A DNA stretch of 64,000 bases. It comes from Myxococcota bacterium (GTDB lineage Bacteria > Myxococcota_A > UBA9042 > PHBI01 > JAWLBL01). This document shows, one piece after another, positions 49,599 to 57,990 of the stretch; within the stretch, counting starts at the first letter, position 1, and each line of letters opens with the position of its first letter. Made by a program: the position numbers and the translations under genes. The stretch covers positions 53,754 to 117,753 of the forward strand of contig JAWLBL010000027.1 of assembly GCA_041687695.1 (NCBI GenBank). Reading direction: 5' to 3'. The notes beneath the pieces are model-generated. The model worked only from the letters and a program-made list of their open reading frames with translations, did no database searches and was not told where the DNA came from.

Positions 49599-51692
49599 AT
49601 GATGAAGCGCACCTTGCTGTTCCCGCTGGTCCTGGCCGCGCCCGCGATGGGCTGCGGCGGCGCGTCCGTCCAGGCGCCGGCCGGCGCTCCGCCCGAGGGG
49701 CCGCCCCCCGCCGCGGCGACCACCGCGACGGTCGAGCCGGACACCGGCGCGGCCGGGCCGGTGTGGGTCAGCGCCGACAAGCTGACCGAGGTGTGCGCGG
49801 GTGGGCTCGAGCGCGGGCGCGCGCTGGCCGACGAGGTCAGGCAGGTCAAGGCGGACGGCGGCACCAACACCGTCGACAACACCTTCGCGCCCTTCCACCA
49901 GATGATGCGGGTGACCGACACGGCGGCCGGGTGGGCGTCGCTGATGTTCAACGTACACCCCGACGAGGCGGTGCGCGGCGCGGCCAAGCAGTGCCAGCAG
50001 GATCTCAGCGAGTTCAGCACCAAGGTGTTCCTGGACCGCGCGCTGTACGAGGCGCTGAGCGCGGTGCAGCCGCCGCCGGGGGACGCCGAGCTGGCGCGGA
50101 GCCTGAGCCACATCCTGCGCGACTTCCGGCGGTCGGGCGTCGACAAGGACGAGGCGACGCGGACGCGGCTCGAGGCCATCAACAAGGAGCTGGTCGAGGC
50201 GAGCCAGGCCTTCCGGCAGCTGCTCAACGAGGACGTGCGCTCGGTCGAGGTCGACGGGCCGGCGGGCCTGGCCGGGCTGCCGCAGGACTTCATCGACGCC
50301 AAAAAGCCCAACGAGAACGGCAAGCTGGCGCTGACGACCGACTACACCGACTTCTACCCGGTGCAGACCTACGCCAAGGACACGACGCTGCGGAAGAACC
50401 TGTACGACGCCTTCATGGGGCGGGGCTTCCCGGCCAACGGCGAGCGTCTCAAGCAGGTCCTGGCGCTGCGGCACGAGTACGCGACCCTGCTGGGGCACCC
50501 CAACTGGGCGTCGTACAATGCCGAAGACAAGATGGCGCGCGACCAGAAGACCATCGACGCGTTCATCCAGGACGTGGCGAAGATCGCGCGGCCGCGGATG
50601 CAGGCGGATCTCGCCGAGCTGCTGGCGGCCAAGAAGAAGGACGACCCCAAGGCCAAGCGCATCGAGGCCTGGGACCGCTTCTACTACATGGCCAAGGTCC
50701 GCGAGGACAAGCACGCCTTCGACGCCAAGGAGGTCCGCCCCTACTTCGGCTACTCGGCGGTCAAGGACGGCATCTTCGCCCTGTACGGCGAGCTGTTCGG
50801 CCTGTCGTTCGAGCGGCTGCCGGACGAGCCGGTGTGGCACCCGAAGGTCGAGGCCTGGGCCATGAAGGCCGACGGCAAGCTGGTCGGCAAGTTCTACCTG
50901 GACATGCACCCGCGCAAAGACAAGTACAAGCACGCGGCGATGTTCAGCATCCAGACCGGCACGCAGGGCGGCGACATCCCGATGGGGACGCTGGTCTGCA
51001 ACTTCCCCGACCCCGGCGAGGGGGACGGCAAGGCCATGATGGAGCACAGCCAGGTCACGACCTTCTTCCACGAGTTCGGGCACCTCATCCACCACCTGCT
51101 GGCCAGCCGCGCGCGGTACGTGAACCTGGCCGGCATCAACGTCGAGTGGGACTTCGTCGAGGCGCCGTCGCAGCTGCTCGAGGAGTGGGCCTGGGACGCC
51201 AAGGTCCTGCAGCGCTTCGCCAAGCACGTCGACACCGGCGAGCCCATCCCGGCCGATCTGGTCCGCCGCATGCGGCAGGCCGAGGAGTTCGGCAAGGGCG
51301 CCGACGTCATGCGCCAGGTCTTCTACGCCGCCTACTCGTTCTACCTCCACACGGCCGACCCCGAGCAGGTCGACCTCGAGAAGTTCACGAACACCATCTA
51401 CGGCGACTACAGCCCCTACCCGCGCACGCCCGAAGACAAGATCTACGCCAACTTCGGGCACCTGATGGGCTACAGCTCGATGTACTACACCTACCAGTGG
51501 TCGCTGTCGCTCGCGAAGGACATCTTCACGCGCTTCGAGGCCGAGGGCATCGAGAACGCCGAGGTCGCCCGCGCCTACCGCGACCTCATCCTGGCCCCCG
51601 GCGGCTCGCGCGACGCCCGCGACCTGGTCCGCGACTTCCTGGGCCGCGAGCCCTCGCTCGACGCCTACCAGAAGTGGCTGCAGGGCAACTGA
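49599..51692 (+). CDS. M3A family (thimet oligopeptidase-like) metallopeptidase, lipoprotein
   Basis: FYLDMHPR..KY.HAA, FFHEFGH, DFVEAPSQLLEEW, FGHL.GY...YY.Y.WS, FLGREP. Confidence 0.93.
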   Translation: MMKRTLLFPLVLAAPAMGCGGASVQAPAGAPPEGPPPAAATTATVEPDTGAAGPVWVSADKLTEVCAGGLERGRALADEVRQVKADGGTNTVDNTFAPFHQMMRVTDTAAGWASLMFNVHPDEAVRGAAKQCQQDLSEFSTKVFLDRALYEALSAVQPPPGDAELARSLSHILRDFRRSGVDKDEATRTRLEAINKELVEASQAFRQLLNEDVRSVEVDGPAGLAGLPQDFIDAKKPNENGKLALTTDYTDFYPVQTYAKDTTLRKNLYDAFMGRGFPANGERLKQVLALRHEYATLLGHPNWASYNAEDKMARDQKTIDAFIQDVAKIARPRMQADLAELLAAKKKDDPKAKRIEAWDRFYYMAKVREDKHAFDAKEVRPYFGYSAVKDGIFALYGELFGLSFERLPDEPVWHPKVEAWAMKADGKLVGKFYLDMHPRKDKYKHAAMFSIQTGTQGGDIPMGTLVCNFPDPGEGDGKAMMEHSQVTTFFHEFGHLIHHLLASRARYVNLAGINVEWDFVEAPSQLLEEWAWDAKVLQRFAKHVDTGEPIPADLVRRMRQAEEFGKGADVMRQVFYAAYSFYLHTADPEQVDLEKFTNTIYGDYSPYPRTPEDKIYANFGHLMGYSSMYYTYQWSLSLAKDIFTRFEAEGIENAEVARAYRDLILAPGGSRDARDLVRDFLGREPSLDAYQKWLQGN

Positions 51693-51772
51693 CCCGGCGC
51701 CGCTGACGGGCCCCCTCGAGGAGACATCGGGCCCCGGCCGCCTCGCCACCGCGAGCGCGTCCGGGGCCCGCG

Positions 51773-52285
51773 TCATTTGGGAGGGTCCTCCCGTGGCCCC
51801 TCGCCCCGCGACCGCAGATCCTTGAGGACCTGGAGGTAGCGAATGTCTTCCTCGTCCTTGGGGCGCGGGGTCGCGGCCATCTTCTTCAGCGTGATCAAGT
51901 CGTCGATGGCCGGGATCCGGATCGCGTAGTCGCCCGCGCGCTGCTCCTCGCCACGCGACCAGGCGTCCTCGAACGTCAGCTCGGTCCCCTCACGGTTGAC
52001 GAGCGCGCGCACGAAGAACAGGTCCAGGCGGTCGCCACCGCTGTACACCTTCACGATCGGACGCGGCTCGTCGGGCGCGGCCGACAGCTCGCAGCCGAGG
52101 TCGTCTTGGAGGTGCGACAGCACCGGTCGCCGCGCCTGCGGCGGAAACCAGAGATCGTAGTCGAACGAAAACACGGGCGCGCCGTACAGGACGACCGCCT
52201 GACGCCCGATGAGCAGGAACCGGTGCCCCTGCGTTCGCCAGCGCCTGGCCAGGCTCCCCAGATCCAGCTCGGGCTCAGGTCCCAT
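51773..52285 (-). CDS. Minimal nucleotidyltransferase-family protein (DUF6036-like)
   Basis: LIG..AV..YG....FDYDL, LDLF, IDDLI.LKK....RPKD..DI..L. Confidence 0.75.
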   Translation of the reverse strand: MGPEPELDLGSLARRWRTQGHRFLLIGRQAVVLYGAPVFSFDYDLWFPPQARRPVLSHLQDDLGCELSAAPDEPRPIVKVYSGGDRLDLFFVRALVNREGTELTFEDAWSRGEEQRAGDYAIRIPAIDDLITLKKMAATPRPKDEEDIRYLQVLKDLRSRGEGPREDPPK

Positions 52286-52526
52286 CGGCGGTCTCGTCCT
52301 TGGGGCTCAGACCTCGCCGGCGGGCGGCGCGGATGTGCTTGGCGATGGTGCGCAGCTTCACGTCGAGCGGGAGCGGGCCGAACCAGCGGAGGTTGTCGGC
52401 GAGCTCGTCGTACTCGCCGCGGCTGAGGCCGGGGACGGGCGAGGGCTCGGCGTCTTCGGGGCAGGCGCGGAGGACGTCGTCCGCAGCGGGCGTGGGCGGG
52501 AGGTCGTCCGAGGGGTCGTGAGGCAT
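52275..52526 (-). CDS. Small hypothetical protein coupled to the nucleotidyltransferase
   Basis: 83-aa ORF overlapping the NTase start by 11 bp. Confidence 0.55.
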   Translation of the reverse strand: MPHDPSDDLPPTPAADDVLRACPEDAEPSPVPGLSRGEYDELADNLRWFGPLPLDVKLRTIAKHIRAARRRGLSPKDETADGT

Positions 52527-52538
52527 GTCGGCAGCGTA

Positions 52539-53405
52539 TCACGCCCGCGCAGGGCGAGGGGATGGGTCGGCCGCGCGGTGGCGGGCGCCTTCGAGGGCGA
52601 GGAGGGCGGCCTTGCGGGTGGGGTCCCAGCGGTAGTCGCCGAGGGCGCCGCTCTGGTGGATGACGCGGTGGCAGGGGATGAGGACGGCGACGGGGTTGGC
52701 GCCGACGGCGGCGCCGACCGCGCGGGCGGCGCGGGGGTGGCCGAGGGCGCGGGCGAGCTGGCCGTAGGTGGTGGCGCGGCCCTCGGGGATGCGGAGCAGG
52801 GCCTCCCAGACCTTGAGCTGGAAGGGGGTGCCGCGCAGGGCGAGCGGCAGCGGCGCGCCGGCGGCGCGGGCCAGGCGGGCGTTGAGCGACGCCGCGAGGG
52901 GCGCGAGGGCGTCCGGGGCGCGGGACAGCGTGGCCCGGGGCCAGCGGCGGGCGAGGTCGAGCAGGGCGTCGGCGACGATGGTGTCGTCGAGGAACGCCAG
53001 GTGGCACAGGCCGCGCGGGGTGGCGGCCATCAGGGCGCGTCCCAGCGGCGTCTCGACGAGGGTCCACGAGACGGTCAGGCCGTCGGCGCCGGCCTTGTAC
53101 TGGCCGGGGGTCATGGCCTCGTGGGTGACGAAGAGGTCGTGCAGGCGGCCGGTCCCGGACAGGCCGAGCGCGTGGCTGGTGTCGAGCAGGGTGCGCTGGT
53201 CCTGGAGCAGGCCGCGGGCGCGCGCGAGGGTCAGGACCTGCAGGAAGTCCTTGGGCGTCACGCCCGCCCAGCGCTGGAACAGCCGGTGGCAGTGGGACGT
53301 GCTGAGGCCGAGGGCGCGCGCCAGCGCGGGGACGGTCGGCTGCGCGTCGGCGTGGGCGTCGAGGAAGCGGATGGCGGCGGCGACACGGGCGTAGTCACTG
53401 GACAT
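52539..53405 (-). CDS. Ada-like protein: AraC HTH + methylated-DNA-protein-cysteine methyltransferase
   Basis: LS..H..RLFQRWAGVTPK, GRLHDLFV..EAMTPG.YK, GTPFQ.KVWEAL..IP.G, NPV..LIPCHRV. Confidence 0.93.
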   Translation of the reverse strand: MSSDYARVAAAIRFLDAHADAQPTVPALARALGLSTSHCHRLFQRWAGVTPKDFLQVLTLARARGLLQDQRTLLDTSHALGLSGTGRLHDLFVTHEAMTPGQYKAGADGLTVSWTLVETPLGRALMAATPRGLCHLAFLDDTIVADALLDLARRWPRATLSRAPDALAPLAASLNARLARAAGAPLPLALRGTPFQLKVWEALLRIPEGRATTYGQLARALGHPRAARAVGAAVGANPVAVLIPCHRVIHQSGALGDYRWDPTRKAALLALEGARHRAADPSPRPARA

Positions 53406-53520
53406 GGGGCCTCCGGCGGACGCTTGGGCGGCGCCCGGAGCGCCTACAGTGGCGACCGGTGGGCGGCACGTCGACCCGATTCCTGCCGCGAGCGCGCCGC
53501 GACGAGGGCGTCGAGCTGAC

Positions 53521-53535
53521 CGGTAACGCTTACCG
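53521..53535. promoter_or_regulatory. Palindromic candidate enhancer/operator
   Basis: CGGTAA-CGC-TTACCG about 75-90 bp upstream of the sigma54 motif, between divergent genes. Confidence 0.4.
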
Positions 53536-53608
53536 ATCCGGCGCGCCTGGTGCCGGCCCATGACGGCGTGATTGGCCGCGGCGCCGCGTCCGCGCGGCCT
53601 CCGTGGGC

Positions 53609-53624
53609 TGGCACGGCGCTTGCG
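53609..53624 (+). promoter_or_regulatory. Sigma54 (-24/-12) promoter
   Basis: TGGCACG-GCGC-TTGCG matches TGGCACG-N4-TTGC; AGGAGG RBS and ATG follow at 53659. Confidence 0.75.
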
Positions 53625-53658
53625 AACGTGACCTCACGGAGACACAGGAGGTCCCGAC

Positions 53659-56169
53659 ATGAAGCTCTCGCGAATGCTGTTCGACTCCGCCCGCCGCGGC
53701 GCCCTGTTCGGCGCCGGGCTGGCCCTCATGGCCGCCGGCTGCGACGGCGCGGCCACCCCCGCCGACGCCGAGGCCGGCGGGACCCTCACCGGCGCCCTGA
53801 CCGCCGAGACGGCCGCCTCGGGCGAGGCGCGCACCGTCACCCTCGACCGCGTGGCCGAGGGCGGCTCGCTCGTGGTCGTCGCGGAGGCCGAGATCCAGGC
53901 CGACGGGCGCTTCACCTTCGAGGGCGTCCCCGCCTTCGACGGGCCCGCGCTGCTGCAGGCCCGCTCGGACGCCTCGGCCCAGGCCGTGGCGCAGGTCATC
54001 GTGCCGGCCGCTCCGGACGCTGGCGAGGCGATCGCGAGCGCCCCGATGAGCGCCGAGACCAGCGCCGAGGCCCAGGCGCTGCTGACCCTGACCGCCGCCG
54101 GCGTCGCGGCCGGCGACGTCGACACCATCGCCCTGATGGCCTTCGTCAGCGCCGAGATGGCCGCCCACGCCGACGCTCACGCCCTGGGCCGAGCCGCTCA
54201 CGCGGCGTCGCGCGCCTATCGTGGCGCCGCGGCGCGGGTCGAAGGCCAGGCCGAGGCCAGCGCCCGCGCCATGGTCGAGGCCCGCGCCGAGGCCTGGGCC
54301 CAGCTGGCCGCCCGGCTGCAGGCCGCCCGCAGCGAGTGGGCCGCGCGCGACGCCTGGGCCGCCTTCCACGCCGAGGCCCAGGCCGCCGTCAGCGCCGAGC
54401 TGGGCGTCGACGCGGCCGCCCAGGCCACCGCCACCGCCGCCGCCGCCTGGGCCCTGGCCGCCGAGGCCAAGGGGCAGGCCTTCGCCGAGGCCGCCGCCGC
54501 CCACGGCGTCGCGCTGACCGGCCACGCCGAGCTGGCCGCCCAGCTCGAGGCGGCCGCCCAGGCCGGCGCCGACAGCGAGGCCCGGACCGAGCTGCGCGCC
54601 GCCTTCGAGGCGTACTTCGCGGCGCTGGCGACCGCCGGTGAGCTGGAGGCGGTGGCCGAGGCGCGGGCGCGGCTGAAGGCGCGCTTGACCGGCGAGGTCG
54701 AGGGCGAGGCCGGGCTGCTGAGCGAGCTGGTGGGTCAGGCCGCGGGCGCCGTCGAGGTCGCCCTGGAGGCGGCCGCTCAGGCGCGCGCGGGCTTCGAGGC
54801 CAGCCTGGCCGAGGCCGAGGCCAAGGCCGATCGAGCGGCCGCCGCCGCCGAGGCCTGGGCCCAGCTGGACGCCGAGCTGCGGGCCGCCGTCGCGGGCGCC
54901 GGCGAGCTGTCGGCCGGCCAGGTGACGCAGCTGGCGCTGGCCGCGCAGGGGGGCGCCGAGGCGACCCTGGCCCTGCACGACGTCAGCGTGCCCGACGACC
55001 CGCCGGCCGCGCCCACCCAGTCGCTGCATGGCTTCATCGAGGCCACCGTCGATGGCGCGGCCGGGGCCGAGGCGCTGGTCGCCGAGGCGCGCGCCGACGC
55101 CGACGCCCGCCTGCGGAGCGCCGCCAAGGCGCGGATCGTCGTGGTCGACGCGGCCGGCGCGGCCCAGGTCGTCGCGGCCGGCGCGGTCGACGCCACGACC
55201 GGCGTCTTCACGGTGCCGTCGGCGCCCGAGCGGCAGGACGCGCTGACCGTGCTCGAGCTGGTCGACGCCCAGGGGCAGGTCGTCGGCGCGGCCGTCATCG
55301 AGGCGGGCCTGACCGGCGAGGGCGCCGTGGCGCTGCCCCCGGTGACGCTGACCAGCACCGCCGAGGCGCGCGTGCTGCTCGAGGCGGTGGTGCTGGGCGG
55401 CGTCGACCCGGCCAGCGTCGACCGGGCGCTGATCGAGGCGCTGATCGACGGCCCCGCGGCGGTCGCCATGGCGGCCGAGGGCAGCTACGAGGCGGCCGCC
55501 GAGGCCTTCCTGGCCGCTCAGGGGGCGCGTGACGAGGCCGGGATCGGGGCCGAGGGGCGGGCGACCGCCATCGCGACGGCGGCCTTCGAGGCGACGCTGG
55601 CGGCGCGGGCCGGGGCGGACGCCCTGACGACGCGGGTCGCCGACGCGCGTGGGCAGCTGGTGAACGCGGCCGCGTTCGCGGCGACGGCGAAGGCCGAGGC
55701 CGACGGCGACTTCGCGGCGGGGGTCGAGGCCGCCTACGAGGCGCTCGTGACCGCCACGGCCGAGGCCGGGTCGCAGGCCGAGGTGCACGCGGCGGGCGCG
55801 GCCTGGGTCGCCGCGGTGATGGGCGACGGCGAGCTGACGCTGGACACGACGGCGGCCCTCGAGGCGTGGGTGACCGCCGCGTTCGGGGCCGACCTGGGGG
55901 TGCGGGCGGCGATCGAGCAGGCGATGCAAGGCGCCACGACCGCGAGCGCCGCGTGGGCCGCGCAGGTCCGGGCGGCCGCCGAGGCGTCGGCGACGGGTGG
56001 CGCGGAGGCGTCGGCGCAGGCGATCGCCGCGGCGTGGAGCGCCTTCGAGGCCGCGGCCAGCGCCGAGGCCAGCCTGATGGCGACGGGGTCCGTCTCGGCC
56101 GCCGAAGCGGCCCTGCTCAGCGAGCTGCTGATCCAGATGCAGGGCGGCCTGTACGCCACCGCCCTCTGA
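53659..56169 (+). CDS. Large Ala-rich lipoprotein with an internal two-fold repeat
   Basis: AGGAGG RBS; MAAGC lipobox; two beta-rich modules, each followed by long Ala/Glu helices. Confidence 0.8.
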   Translation: MKLSRMLFDSARRGALFGAGLALMAAGCDGAATPADAEAGGTLTGALTAETAASGEARTVTLDRVAEGGSLVVVAEAEIQADGRFTFEGVPAFDGPALLQARSDASAQAVAQVIVPAAPDAGEAIASAPMSAETSAEAQALLTLTAAGVAAGDVDTIALMAFVSAEMAAHADAHALGRAAHAASRAYRGAAARVEGQAEASARAMVEARAEAWAQLAARLQAARSEWAARDAWAAFHAEAQAAVSAELGVDAAAQATATAAAAWALAAEAKGQAFAEAAAAHGVALTGHAELAAQLEAAAQAGADSEARTELRAAFEAYFAALATAGELEAVAEARARLKARLTGEVEGEAGLLSELVGQAAGAVEVALEAAAQARAGFEASLAEAEAKADRAAAAAEAWAQLDAELRAAVAGAGELSAGQVTQLALAAQGGAEATLALHDVSVPDDPPAAPTQSLHGFIEATVDGAAGAEALVAEARADADARLRSAAKARIVVVDAAGAAQVVAAGAVDATTGVFTVPSAPERQDALTVLELVDAQGQVVGAAVIEAGLTGEGAVALPPVTLTSTAEARVLLEAVVLGGVDPASVDRALIEALIDGPAAVAMAAEGSYEAAAEAFLAAQGARDEAGIGAEGRATAIATAAFEATLAARAGADALTTRVADARGQLVNAAAFAATAKAEADGDFAAGVEAAYEALVTATAEAGSQAEVHAAGAAWVAAVMGDGELTLDTTAALEAWVTAAFGADLGVRAAIEQAMQGATTASAAWAAQVRAAAEASATGGAEASAQAIAAAWSAFEAAASAEASLMATGSVSAAEAALLSELLIQMQGGLYATAL

Positions 56170-56228
56170 CGCGAGCCCGAGCGCCATCCTGGAGCCCCGT
56201 CGACCACAAGGCCGGCGGGGCTCCGGCG

Positions 56229-56446
56229 CAGGGTCATCGCAAAGTCCGTCGAGCGTTGCGCGCAGCGAGCTGCGCGGGCCCTCGAGCCCCAGCGAGCTGG
56301 GGCAGTCCGTCAACACTCGCCGCCACGAATCCACCGCGGAGTCCGACGACCGGACTGCACGAGCTCGCTCGTGCTCCGGCGTAGCGCGGCTCGCCGCGCT
56401 GAATGCGAGGCGTGGCGAGCCCATTGGCGACTTTGCGACCGCCCTG
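56229..56446. mobile_element. 218-bp MITE-like element with 18-bp TIRs and a 10-bp target-site duplication
   Basis: Ends CAGGGTCATCGCAAAGTC / GACTTTGCGACCGCCCTG (15/18 complementary), flanked by GGCTCCGGCG at 56219-56228 and 56447-56456. Confidence 0.8.
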
Positions 56447-56543
56447 GGCTCCGGCGTTCCCGACGGCCGCCGGTGGCGTTCGGAATGGACGCGAGCCCGC
56501 GCGTCCCCGAGGATGGCGCCTCCCTCCGATCTGCAGCGGCGCC

Positions 56544-57869
56544 ATGCTCACCTCCCTGGTCATCATCTTCTGCCTCATCCTGCTCAACGGCGTCTTCGCC
56601 GGCGCCGAGATCGCCATCGTCTCGGTCCGCAAGAGCCGCCTCGACGAGCTCGCCGAGCAGGGCAAGCGCCGCGCGCACGCCGTCCAGCGCCTGCGCCGCG
56701 ATCCGGACCGCTTCTTCGCCAGCGTCCAGATCGGCATCACCGTCGTCGGCGCCTCCGCCGCCGCCCTCGGCGGCTCGGACATCGCCGAGCAGCTCGCGCC
56801 CCGGCTCCGTGACCTCGGCCTGGGGGACTCGGCCGAAGGCGTGGCCCTCGGCGTCGTGGTCGCGGGCATCTCCTACCTCTCCCTGGTCCTCGGCGAGCTG
56901 GTGCCCAAGTCGCTCGGCCTGCGCTACGCCGAAGCCTACGCGATGATCATCGGCCCTCCCCTGCTCGGCCTCGCCAAGCTGGCCAAGCCGATCGTCTGGC
57001 TCCTCACGGCCAGCTCGAACCTGGTCCTGCGCGTCTTCGGCGACAAGACCACCTTCAGCGAGGCCCGCATGTCCGCCGAGGAGCTGCAGCACCTGGTCGA
57101 GAGCGCCGCGCGCCAGGGCTCGGTCGAGGTCCACACGGGCGAGATCGCCTCGCGCGCCCTCGACCTCGAGGCGGTCCCGGTGGCCGCGGTCATGGTCCCG
57201 CGCGGCCGCATGGTGTGCATCGACCGCAACGCCCCCAAGGACGCGACCGTCGCCATCGCCATCGAGGCCGGCCACTCGCGCCTGCCCGTCAAGGACGGCG
57301 GCGTCGAGAACATCGTCGGCTACGTGCTCGCCAAGGACGTCCTGGCGCTGACCTGCGGCCCCGAGCCGTTCAACGTCGACCCCATCGTGCGCGAGGCCTG
57401 GTTCGTCCCCGAGACCATGCGCAGCCTGGACGCCCTGCGCGCCATGCAGCGCCGCCGCCTCAAGCTCGCCGTCGTCGTCGACGAGCGGGGCTCGGTGGCC
57501 GGCCTCGTCACCGCCGAGGATCTGGTCGAGGAGCTGGTCGGCGAGATCGTCAGCGAGCACGAGCTGCCCCTCGAGCTGGTGCGCAGCGACGACGACGGCG
57601 CCTACGTCGTCCCGGGCGGCGCGCCGATCCGCGACATCAACCGCGCGACCCCGCTCGACCTCCCCGAGGGCGAGGGCTACTCGACCGTGGCCGGGCTCAT
57701 CCTGGCCCGCATCGGCCACATCCCCGCGGCGGGCGAGGGCGTCGACCTGTCCGACGGCACGCGCCTCGAGGTGCTCGAGGCGTCGCCGCGTCGCATCGCC
57801 TCCGTGCGCATCGTGCCGCCCGACGAGCCGCCCGACCTCGCCCCCGGCGGGGGACACGCCCCCGGCTGA
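56544..57869 (+). CDS. Hemolysin/CNNM family protein (DUF21 + CBS pair + CorC_HlyC)
   Basis: NGVFAGAEIA, VQIGIT, GELVPKS, VMVPR, HSRLPV, VVVDERG...GLVT.EDLVEELVGEI, YSTVAG. Confidence 0.93.
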   Translation: MLTSLVIIFCLILLNGVFAGAEIAIVSVRKSRLDELAEQGKRRAHAVQRLRRDPDRFFASVQIGITVVGASAAALGGSDIAEQLAPRLRDLGLGDSAEGVALGVVVAGISYLSLVLGELVPKSLGLRYAEAYAMIIGPPLLGLAKLAKPIVWLLTASSNLVLRVFGDKTTFSEARMSAEELQHLVESAARQGSVEVHTGEIASRALDLEAVPVAAVMVPRGRMVCIDRNAPKDATVAIAIEAGHSRLPVKDGGVENIVGYVLAKDVLALTCGPEPFNVDPIVREAWFVPETMRSLDALRAMQRRRLKLAVVVDERGSVAGLVTAEDLVEELVGEIVSEHELPLELVRSDDDGAYVVPGGAPIRDINRATPLDLPEGEGYSTVAGLILARIGHIPAAGEGVDLSDGTRLEVLEASPRRIASVRIVPPDEPPDLAPGGGHAPG

Positions 57870-57990
57870 CCCGAAGCCGCGGCCTCCGGGCGCCGTTCGA
57901 CTCGAGCCGGGCCTCGGTGTAGGCTGGACGTTCTGGCGGTGGGGGCCGCCTGGGCGACGCGAGTAGGACGCCGCGAACTCGGGAGGAAGG

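Noticed and set aside
56403-56543. N-terminal extension of the hemolysin-family ORF from 56403
   Set aside because: It runs through the MITE end and its target duplication; the family-typical start is the ATG at 56544.
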